Source: Nageia nagi (Eukaryota; Plantae; Pinophyta). Taken from it: DNA of 64,000 nucleotides. Shown here one piece after another: positions 54,160-64,000 of this stretch. The stretch spans positions 119,908,001 through 119,972,000 of the forward strand of contig JBITNC010000001.1 in assembly GCA_050084985.1 (NCBI GenBank), read 5' to 3'. How positions within the stretch are numbered: the first letter of the stretch is position 1; each line of letters opens with the position of its first letter. The position numbers and the translations under genes were made by a program. The notes beneath the pieces are model-generated. The model saw nothing but the letters and a program-made list of their open reading frames with translations. It made no database searches and was not told the origin of the DNA.

Positions 54160-54780
54160 GACTAAGACAAGATTTGGGACCCCTTTGGGACTTGCGCTAG
54201 GATTCTCTTGTCTTCTTGGGCACATATCTTGCTCAAGACACCAGGCTTGTCTCCTTGGGCACTTGCGCCAGCTTTGGAGGAGCTCCAAGAGGTGATTTCA
54301 AGGGTCCAAGGCCGAATTTGTCTATGTTTGAGATAAGACCAAGCCCATTGGAAGTCTAGACAATCCCAAATCTCATGATCCCTTGCAGACTTGCACCAAG
54401 CCAAACCCATATCTCCCCCAACGCGTGTGCCAAACTAGACAATCGTCCTGACCCCATCATGACTTGCACTGGGATCCACCCCGTCTGTTTGGGCGCATAT
54501 CTTGCCTAAGACAACAAGCATGTCCCCCCTCCAACTTGCGTTGGCCCCTAGCCAACCTCCTTGAGCGCATTCCTGGCCCAAGACACCAAGTTTGACCCCT
54601 CGGAAGGATGCGCACAAGACTAGCCCCCTTTTGCAAAGCGCATGGCCAGCTATAAACACGAAGTATGTCCTTCCTGTGACTTGCGATGGGGTCCCTCGCC
54701 TAGTTTGAGCACGCATTCGAGGCAAGACAAGTCCCATGACCCTTTTTGCACTTGCACCAGCCTCCTTGGCCCTCACCTCC
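54160..54780. repeat. Degenerate GC-rich motif array of unit H (gcgcatatcttgc.caagaca..a.gc.tgtc.cc)
   Basis: Best copies near 54217, 54490 and 54562; further aagaca cores at 54165, 54616 and 54724. Confidence 0.65.
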
Positions 54781-55454
54781 ATGTATGCCTCAGCCTAGAC
54801 GGCCTATCAAACCCAGCTATCCCATGTGCTCACCCTACTCGGGTCAGCCAACCTCAAACTTTGTGCCATGATGCCTTGAAAATTGTGCTAGAATTAAATG
54901 TGCATTTACCAAGGAAGAGCAATCGACCTAACCCTAGGAATTGCGCACCAAAACCCTAGAAAATCTGGTATAAAAAGAGGAGCATCACCTCATTTCCTCA
55001 TCTCACCATAGCTCTCTCCCTTTGCCATTCGTCCAAGACATCCAAAGTGAGCACCTTTACATCCGAGCCAGGGCAAGAACAACCAAGCCAAAATCCATCC
55101 TGATAGACACCAAGAGGCAAGTAGCCGAACCCCACATCTGCTTCGTCTGGTTGCCTGCACTTCACAAGAGCCTCCTATCCGACCAAGACCTGAACAACCA
55201 CCCCATGAACCCCTAGACCTCATGCGGCCATATTCAAAACCCTCCCTACCATTTGCGTGAGCCTTCCCAACGCACCCTTGGACCTAGATGCTGACCTTGA
55301 CCTTTCGTACCCATGCGCTAGGGCCTGAAGCTCACCCACTGTCCACCGTCACATCTAGGATCCACGTCGACCCCTCTCATCAGATCCCACCAGAGGGCCA
55401 ACACCCATTACCTCTAGCCGTCTGTCTCACCCAGTCGTGTTTTCCAGGTACATC

Positions 55455-58400
55455 AACATAGACAGACTCCGATTTAGCCCTGACAATTGGGGACGAAGCT
55501 TGAAATGCCTGTTGAGAGATAGCCCAATTGAGTTGGAAAAAGACGGGGCAGACCCCTAACTAGAAGCTCACATCAAGAACGGCCTAGTAAACATTTGGAA
55601 ACTGATTGGCAGCGCACAAACCCAATGAAAATGTTGGATAACGTTGTCGCGATTCCTCTTGACACCTTGTCTGTCGATGTGATCTATCAATTAGGATTAT
55701 GTACGATCACAATGATACCTTTTGCGGTGCCTTTCCCAGAACTATGCTACAAGGTGGCCAAGTTATGTGACGTAGGGGCAAGGACGCTTCGAGACACCAA
55801 AGATTGAGTGATCATGAGGTTCACCCCAGAGGGTGTGGAGGAGGCATTTGGATGGGAAGGAGATGGCATTGAATTCATCGAGGACTCCCTTGCCTTCTAC
55901 GAATTGTTGAAGGGCCAAGGGAACTTGATTAGAGATTGGCTCCTCCCTAGTGCCAGGGAGCTCAAGGGGAATGCCTTGCTGAACGCTAAGAGGATGGATT
56001 TTCACCCCACCGTCTCCAACTTGATTTCCTTGTTGTCTAGAGTGTTCAGGAAGGAGGATGACACTAAGTTCAGAAAGGAGTTCTTCACCTTCATCTACTT
56101 GATAGGAAGGGGAAGGAAGATCAGGTGGGGCCATACTATAAGTGAGGCCTTGAAGAACTAGATATCATCTTGCGAGACCACAAAGAGGTTCTACATGAAT
56201 TCCTATCTGGTATACTTGCTATTGGCTGGCAAGAATAGACTGATGGCCCATGGAGATGTCTCTTTGTTGAACAAGCCAGGTATAACCATTTGGAAGTGTT
56301 ACCAGAAGTGGTTCTGGGGCAGTAGGTATTCTCACTTTTACATGAAGATTGATGGATGGGAGTATGAAATACTCAAGGAAATCAAAGGGGAAGCACATAT
56401 GAAGAGGATAGCCAACACAACCATTAATGCCCTAAAAGGGCATGCCAACTTCTACCTGCACCACTCTACCTACTCTTACATCAAGGTGTTTGGATCATAT
56501 GTGCATCCACACATGTTTCCCAGACGTGTAAGCAACCAGATCATCTTGATGGAGTTTTGCTACCAGATGTCCTTTTTGCACAAATAAGTGTGGAAGAAGA
56601 AGGCTGCCACCATCACTCTCCCCATCATGGTTGGAGATTATGCATGTGCCTTGTGGGTGGATGTGGATAACATTAAGATTGAATTGGGATACTACGGATT
56701 CAAAACACTCCCTACAATCGAAAGCTATGATTTGGAAGGAAAGATTGCTACTTTCATGAAAAACTTCAAGAGGTCCCCGTATGTGCACAGATCTTTAGGC
56801 TCAGAAGAAAGATTTAGGAATGTGACAAGGCTAGAGGATATCAAGAAGATACATGCAACAATCATGCAAGAGAACAAGAGAGGAAGCCAATCAAACCCCA
56901 TCGTGGAAGCCAAAGGAGGAGGGAAGCATAAGTCACCTCAAACAGCTCCATCAGGCTCCAAGAAGGCAAAGGAATCGTCCACGTCTTTGAGGAGGCAGGG
57001 TCACACACCGGATAGTATGCCAGCATGGGAGGCCCTTAGCGGTCTGTAGGAGACATAGCGCAAGCCATCTAGGCCTAGGTGAAAAACACTCATGAGTTGG
57101 AACCAAGTGGCTCAATGTCACCTAGGGGGTTGAACCGAGAAGAGCTAGCTAAGGAGATATACTTGAGGTGGACATCCCAAGTTCCTGTTGTAGAAAACTT
57201 GGAGAGTTTGAGTTCCGGGTGCAACCTTGAGAGTTGAGGGGGCAATGAGCATGAGGTAGAACAATGCCCAAATGAAGATGAGGCTATGAAAGGTATGCAG
57301 GATGAAGCAGAAGACGAAGAGCCTATGGTAGAAGGTGCCAAGTGGACGATAGCTCGTTGGAAGAAATCCCCCAGGCAAAGATGACAAGCTCCAAACCCTT
57401 GCCATCTGAATCGACCTCACAGATGAGCCACAGAAAGAAACCCACACCTCAGATACAATCCAACGCTTTGCACTAGAAGAGGCCACCAAGCGAGCTCAAA
57501 AAAACCCCATATCAGGCAGTGGGTCAGACAAATGAGGAGATTGTAGTAAATAGTCTCATCCCTTGGACCTTCCTATGCCAACGAAAGTGGGGAAAAGGAC
57601 TTTAGCTTCTTGGATGAATATCTCCGACATTTGAACACTCATCGGATAAAAGACAACGATGAGGAGATTGAAGAAGTCTCTAATGGGGAATGCTCTCAAC
57701 CAATGGACTCTAAGACCTTCGCCCAACTGAAAGGTTCGTCCATTGTGATCAACAAGGCAACGACTCATAAGAAGCAGCCACAAGGTGCACAGGACTAGAA
57801 GATCCAAACGCAAGAGATCCTAGTAGGTCTTATCGGGCTAGAAGGGCATGAGTTCAACATCAATGCCAGTACTTCTGCCCTAAGACAAGAGGGGACAAAG
57901 AAAGATATAGAGATCCGAAGGCTAAAGAAAGAGTTGGTTGCCAAAAGCAAGTATAGCGAGGAGGTTGAAGCAGTTTGGTGGTAGCCAAAAGATCTTAAAA
58001 AGCAGGCTTCGTTGAACGCAGGCTTCACATTGATAAAGGAGGAGCTAAACAAGGACATCTTGGAAGTGGTGAAGGAGTTGTCCGAAAAGCTAGTTTTAAT
58101 GTTGATTGAGAGGTGTGATCCCTATCAAAACGACATTGAAGAGGTACGTGGAAAACAGAAGACAAATAGGTGACTGAAGAATATTGCATCAATTTTAGCT
58201 TCTACGTCGATTGGACCTAGGGAGCCATTTGGAAATGCAATGAGTTGGTTAAAACGATGGCTAAGGAAAAGGAGGAGATCAAAGCCCAGATAGATGAGTT
58301 TGTGTTTGGGATCATTTTCCTGGACGATTTTGGGTTCGCCAGTAGGGAGGATCTCGTGTCCACGGAAGCATACGACCTATTGAACAACATGATCCAAACC

Positions 58401-58616
58401 CAGGATGTGAACATGCTCAAGGCCAAATGTCCCTTCAGGGAAGAAAGGGAACTTGCAGTGTGGGAGTACCAGATGAGGCAGGTCGTGAAGAAGATCTCCA
58501 GATAGATCAACATGAACCGCAAGACCTTCGATGTGGTGGACATGGGTGCGGACAAGATGGAGGCATTCATGTGTGAGAACTTCGAGGATGACATAGCATT
58601 GCTGATCGGGGATTGA
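55455..58616 (+). pseudogene. Unit H gene: paralogue of the unit F protein, disrupted
   Basis: ORF pieces 55595-55807, 55808-56161, 56195-56587, 56588-57049, 57610-57798 and 58245-58505; shared motifs LKGNAL, LSR..R.ED..KF.KEFF.FI, GRKI.W, FY.NSYLV, WKCY.KW, DGWEYE..KE.KGE, YSYIK..GS, LPI.VG.Y.C, FED. Confidence 0.8.
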
Positions 58617-58873
58617 TGAGTCCTTTTGACCCTGGACATAGTCCTCATGATATGTAGAGATAGGATGTTTTTCACCTTGGTGTTAACAGCGTTTCATATT
58701 TTTGGATTTTTGGGCGAATTTATTGCCATTTTATTGGCAATTTATTTTACTTTTAATTTAGACTTCATATGGTGATGCTAGCTGGCATAAGTTTACCAAA
58801 GTCGTTAATGATTAGGATTATTTTAATGATATTTTTAGGGTTAGGGCAACACTTAGGATTGCCATTGAGAAAC

Positions 58874-58900
58874 TATAAATAGCCCTAAAGGGCTCATTTT
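58874..58900 (+). promoter_or_regulatory. Second TATA core of unit H (probable LTR promoter)
   Basis: TATAAATA-gccctaaa-GGGCTCATTTT. Confidence 0.6.
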
Positions 58901-59968
58901 GAGGGGATTAGACAATTTTGTAGACAAAGATAACTTAATTAATATTTTCTAGCTTGCAAGTTCTCTCTATTTGTAAATGTGATGTATTTGAAGTAATTGA
59001 ATGGTGAATGCTCTCATTTTGGAAGTATGAATGTGAATGGATGTTACCCTCTTGTGTTATCTTGAATGCTTGGTACATTTTGTAAATCTTGATTGAGGTT
59101 GACAAAAGAATACTTGAATATTTGTGGTATGTTTTGAGATGGCTCCCATATGTCACTTAGCATAAGAACTTCACTCCCTCATCCAGGATTGACCTGCGTC
59201 TCATCAATTGTCACCCTTGCTTTAGCATCAGGCTTCCTTTGTTAAACCATTCGTGTTGTTGGTTAGTGAAGTGGATTCAGAGTGCATGGAACCCATAACA
59301 AGCCCGTAGGAGTTGATTCTTGAAAGTCAATGCCAGTTGGTGAGACCATTACACCTTAGAGCTGAACTCACACATCACTATCTATTCAGCCCTTTTCTTT
59401 GTTTTTACCCTTTTTCGGTGACTTTCGCACCCCTCTTTCATTTTGTAACTCGAGAAACAACCTTTGCCTGGATCCAAGGACAATTTGAGCCTTTGGGTAA
59501 CAAATATTATTTGTGATAGCTTTAAACATCTCAATCGTGTCTCTCGAGCCAGTCTTAGCCCATCCATCCTAATAGACCTTTGAGATTGAAGTCCTCATAG
59601 CGGGTATGGGTCACACCCTTCCACTCAGGTGTTGGTGCCTATCTCAAGCCTTGCGAGCCAATTTGTCGATCGACAAGGTAGGAAAGAAAAAGCCCCCAAC
59701 ACATCCTATCCTTTACCATCTTTGCCACAACTTCATGCTTCTTCCACTAGACCATTTGTGTTGTTGGCTAGTGGGACGGATCAAGGTCAAGTCGATTTTC
59801 AAGGCCTTATCCAAACTCGTGAGTATGCATGCTTATAGTCACATCCTTTTACCCACTGTCTCTTCACCACTTTTTCCTTTTATTTTCATTTTTCTTTGCA
59901 CGACTTTCGCACTCATTTGTTTCCTTTTAGCATTTTCTGGAACAACACTATTGAACCATAGGTATAAC

Positions 59969-61205
59969 TGTAATGATCCAAATACAATCTCAAGTGCAAA
60001 TCAGCAAATTCAATTAATCAAACACTAACGTCTGGTCTAGGGCATCCAAACAATGCATTCACAACTCAAATATGCCAACATCTGGTCAAGATCAACTCAC
60101 AACAATAATTACAAGCTCACAATGCCAACGTTTGGCTTACACATGCAAGAATGGACAATTACATCTCAACATTGCAAATATAGACAAGTGCACAATACAA
60201 ATATGAGATCCAATGCCCGAAGGCTGTATATTGATATGAAATGAACAACAATACAATACCAAGCCCTAAGGGGCTGACGTTGGCCTCAAGGGAGCCAACT
60301 CAGACATAAACATGTATCCTCAAACTGGATGGACGGATGGAATAGTCTTGCTCCCTCAAAATCCGAATCCTCTCCACCAAAGGAGCGCTCCTCTGATCCT
60401 ATTGACCAATTGAATGGTAGAAGCTCAACCTCGGAATACCACCGGATGGGCAAGGGTGCTACACCAATGCAATAGACTAACAGGATCCCTCAGCTTGATA
60501 GCCCTCGTAGATGCTGCACCTAGGGGTTTGCTTAGCGCTGCTAAGTCTTCTTGTCCTTTGGATGGTATAAGAGTAATAATAATCAAGCATGTCCAGTTAT
60601 GAAGCTCCAATGTCCTTTTATAACATTTGCCGCTAAGTCTTCTTGTCCTTTGGATGGTATAAGAGTAATAATAATCAAGCATGTCCAGTTATGAAGCTCC
60701 AATGTCCTTTTATAACATTTGGCTGGATCTGGATCTCACCTAGGAATCATTCCCATCTTCTCTAATCCAACGTTAGCCTCTTGGAGGGCCCAAAATGTGC
60801 CTAGGGGTCAAGCTTGCCAACGTGGGGGCCTGGAGTGCCATAAATGCCAACGTGGGGATCTGGAGTGCCATGCATGCCTAACGTGGGTCTAAGAGCCATG
60901 CATGGGGGTTGGGTGTCATCATGGGCCAACATGGGGGTCTAGGAGTCTCCCTAAGGTTGGCGCATGTATATAAGTGCTCCTCCATCCATCTAAGTGCTAA
61001 ATAGACCTTGGGATTCCCAAAATCATGATCTCCAAGTACATGTAAACACCTAATCTATGCTTAAGAGGGAGACGTCCCACTTGGGGCCATTAAGTCTTCT
61101 ATCCCAAGCCACAACTAAAAGTACAATGCAATAATAAAATATATTACAAAAGGGGAATCCATTGGATTCCATAATTAATTACATGGATGCAAAGGGGACA
61201 TCACA
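59969..61205 (-). mobile_element. Solo LTR G (1237 bp) nested in the 3' part of unit F
   Basis: TGTAA...TCACA ends; perfect TSD ataac (59964-59968 / 61206-61210). Confidence 0.88.
60540..60721. repeat. Exact tandem duplication (two identical 90-bp copies, period 92)
   Basis: 60540-60629 equals 60632-60721. Confidence 0.9.
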
Positions 61206-62011
61206 ATAACTCAAAGTCCCTTAAATCCGTACATGATATTGATGTTGGTGGTAGCTTCAAACATCTTAGCGATTCCTTGAGTCTTATTCTTGCAACATAA
61301 GTGGAATGACCTTTGAGTAACTAGTTCCCATAGCAGGAAGGAGTAACGTCCTTTCACTTGAGCTGTTGGTGTTTTTCTCACTACTCTAGGGTAGGAAAGA
61401 AAAACCACCCAACAATGTCATTACTTACGTCATTGCTCTCGTCGTCCAACATTCAGTGCCTTATTGCCTTGTCGGACTTTCTTCGAGCTTTTGCTGATGT
61501 CATTCGTCTTGCCACTCAACACTTAGTGCGTTATTGCCTTGCTGCATTGTGGTCAAGCTTTTGTTGATGTCACTGCTCTTGCTATGCAGCACTCATCGTT
61601 TCTCTCCCTCTACCACATCGCGACAATATATTTGCTAATGTCATCTTGTGGAATGTGTGGCATTCTGCCTTTTTCCCTATGCCGCATCGCAACAACACTT
61701 CGGCTGACGTCATCCTTGCAAAAGCACAACATTGCCCTATTACTTCTAGACACCACATCATGACAATCTACTTGTTGATGTTAGCATCTCAAAAGTGTGA
61801 CATTCCACCTTTTGTCCTGTCTCGCATCATGGCAAAGTTTTTGCTGATGTCATCAGCCTTAGTGCAGTAATCCAACTTTTGCACTATTCCTGATTGCGGC
61901 AACTCTATTCTTCCATACAACAACTCTGTTTGACCGCAGCTATTGCCTTGTTTAACCACGGCTATTGACCGTGACCACTTTTGTGTTGACCGTGGAAACT
62001 CAAATTCTTCA

Positions 62012-62400
62012 ATTTGATGTAGATGTCTTCATGCAAATCTGTACTAAGGAACGTCATGAACCTCCCAATCCCTAGAAGTAGCAAGAAGCACAAGTCTTGC
62101 GAAGGTTTCAACATAATCAATGACTTTCTGTTGAGGAAAGTTTTCAAGGTAGCCTTGTGCTTCTTCACTTGTCCTTTTGAATTGAAATTAGTTACATAAA
62201 TCCACTTTGACCAACAATATTTTGATCTTGTGGACAGGGATCCAATTACTATGAATAATTCTTCGTGAAGGAATCACACTCTTCTTTCTCAAAAGTTCCC
62301 CATTCAAGTTTGCCTCTGGCCTTCCCATAGGCACTTGGATCTTCTGTTACCAGTGAAGTTAACATGTTTCCCTTGCCTTGCCCTCTGTTGACCAAGTCAA
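62012..62400 (-). pseudogene. pol: Old Ty1/copia (J) RT N-terminal remnant, continuing at 37551
   Basis: EDPSAYGKARGKLEW, SKWIY, VKKHKATL; reads in frame across the E insertion as DLHEDIYIK*LPRFVKQKLCK. Confidence 0.75.
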
Positions 62401-64000
62401 GATTAATGAGATAAATAAGGAGAATGGAGTACACAACAGTTAGTCAGTAGAGAAACAGTGTGATATTCAGTGTCTCAAATATTTGCTTGCTTCTTTCTGG
62501 TTTTAAAAGAATGCCATTCTCTTTTTTTCTGCAGTTGTCACATTAGAGTTATTTTTTAGCTGTAAGTTTATATAATATTTTGGTATATTCAATGAATAGC
62601 AAAGCTGTTTGAGCTTTCATAATTGATATAAAGATTTCATCATAGCTATAATAACATAGTGACATGCATACAGGTGCTATAATGGATTCACTTACAACCA
62701 CTAATTTGTCCTGAAGTAAGATATAATAACAAAAGTACTAGTTCAATATTTTATCAAATATTTGCTCGATGCTTTCCATCTATAAGAATTCTATCCCTTT
62801 TGTTCTATTGAGGCCTTCTATCTGAAGCCATTTTGTAATTAATAATTATAAGCTCTCGTTCCTTATAGTGTGTTCAATGAGTATGAGTGCTGTTACAAAT
62901 TTTCATTTGCTAGAAATGTCTCAGCATAGTTATAAACTTATAATAATGCATCTCAACGCATTCATGCCTTTTACACAGTTTAGATTTTCTTTAATAACTT
63001 TAATTTTTAAAGCTTCTTTGGACTAATTAAAAAAAATCTAAGCTTTTTTAATTATTTTAAATCTAATAACTTTTATGTATTAATTATATTCTTATAGATT
63101 TAAAATAATTAAAAAAAATTACTTTTGTAATTTGAATTTGGTTGCAAATTCTATGAAAAAATCCTATAGCGGTGAATTTTTTCATAAAATATCACAATGA
63201 CGTGTTCATAGATTATTTCCTAACATAAACTTCATAGACAATAGGGTCCTCTTTACAACTAACTACCTGTTGCTTTATGCAGTCTTTACACGTACGCTGA
63301 AGCATGGGGGCCTAACACAAGTAGTTGAAAGTGAAATGCATGAGGATAAAATAACAAATAATTGACATTTTGGAGTGAGAAACACCTTCTGAAATTGTCA
63401 TCGGTCTTAAATGGTGGACCCAAAGTAACCAATTTGTTTTACAGCAGATATATTGGAGCCACTTGTAGCATTGAAATTCAATACATTGTATCTGGATGCT
63501 TCTTTAGTACGTTAATTATTTTTTGTTGTAAGCATTGCACTGAATCTTTTCCTTGAGCACACATCCCTTGGCAACAAAAACATATTCATATGATGGCGAG
63601 GGAAAACTAAGGGATATTTACACTCTTTATCAGGTTGAATATTTTTATGATTCAGTTGTTGAGTCATCATTGTCATCAATAAGGTCACAATTACAGTTCA
63701 AAATCACTGCAATGGCATTTATTATGAATAGGTTGTTCAGAAATTTTTACATCATATTTGGACTCAATACGTTTACTATATATCTCAATAAGTACACAAA
63801 TCTCTCTTAGTAAGAGAATCCGTCAGTTTTGCTTTTTGTATTTTTTTAAACTACTAAAAATGAGGAATATCACGTTTTTTGGTGGGATTAGTTTTACAAT
63901 TAATTTTAACTAACTGCTTTCCATCTTTTGCCAACAAGCAGTGGATTCTAAAAGTTTCTGGCAACGCTGGAAAGTTGATCATTTCTGAAGCGTCTAAGGT

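Larger units (their letters stand above)
53916..59701 (+). mobile_element. Unit H: 5786-bp solo-LTR-like element containing a large gene, nested in F
   Basis: TGTTGTGG...CCCCAACA ends matching F ends; TSD catct (53911-53915)/catcc (59702-59706). Confidence 0.88.
48687..61414 (+). mobile_element. Unit F: ~5.7 kb (net of nested H and G) solo-LTR-like element containing a large gene
   Basis: Ends t(a)TTGTG...CCAACA; TSD acatc (48682-48686)/atgtc (61415-61419), both derivable from acgtc; E LTR sequence resumes on both sides; homologous to H at both ends, in the ORF and in the 3' region. Confidence 0.85.
37552..62011 (+). mobile_element. Element E: full-length Ty1/copia with multiply interrupted LTRs
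   Basis: Perfect TSD ATTTG (37547-37551 / 62012-62016); 5' LTR 37552-42958 and 3' LTR 46901-62011 (each ~1.5 kb net of insertions); PBS TGGTGTCAGAG at 42961; PPT aaggggaagaa ending 46900. Confidence 0.93.

Noticed and set aside
50154-58616. Tandemly duplicated host genes
   Set aside because: Each ORF lies in its own TSD-flanked unit, H is nested in F, and both sit inside a copia LTR.
60815-60940. GCCAACGTGGGG repeats as tRNA-Lys PBS copies or an ABRE enhancer array
   Set aside because: They lack the TGG start, are not adjacent to an LTR end, and form an ordinary ~30-bp tandem repeat inside solo LTR G.
48687-61208. Single element with TATTGTGA...TCACAATA terminal inverted repeats
   Set aside because: The right-hand match is the end of solo LTR G plus its TSD ataac. 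The true F end is 61414, supported by homology to the H end and by the TSD.

Overview
Repeat-dominated plant nuclear DNA, most likely from a gymnosperm (inferred from element types and the PPR relic). No intact cellular CDS is visible. Region 1-29 kb holds three related Ty3/gypsy elements of the Tat/Ogre type (A, B, C) with a CxxHxxxxHxxxxC gag knuckle and a tRNA-Trp-like PBS. B and C have no recognisable pol and instead carry an antisense, intron-containing Plant Mobile Domain (PMD) gene. B and a gag-only chromovirus derivative (D) are nested in C, and a PLS-class PPR pseudogene lies between A and C. Region ~30.7-64 kb looks like a 5' exon followed by a very long intron. An old minus-strand copia (J) there is split by copia E (37552-62011, TSD ATTTG), whose two LTRs carry an hAT transposon, two ordinary solo LTRs and two related ~5.7 kb TG...CA units (F, with H nested inside it). 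F and H are the most unusual feature. Each has a 5-bp TSD and solo-LTR-like ends with no gag/pol, yet contains a ~3.1 kb degraded gene with its own TATA core, an upstream array of repeated motifs (clearly palindromic in F), a co-varying hairpin 22 bp from the 5' end and a 3'-terminal hairpin. They appear to be gene-carrying giant LTRs. All coordinates were read by eye; boundaries of degenerate ORFs are approximate.
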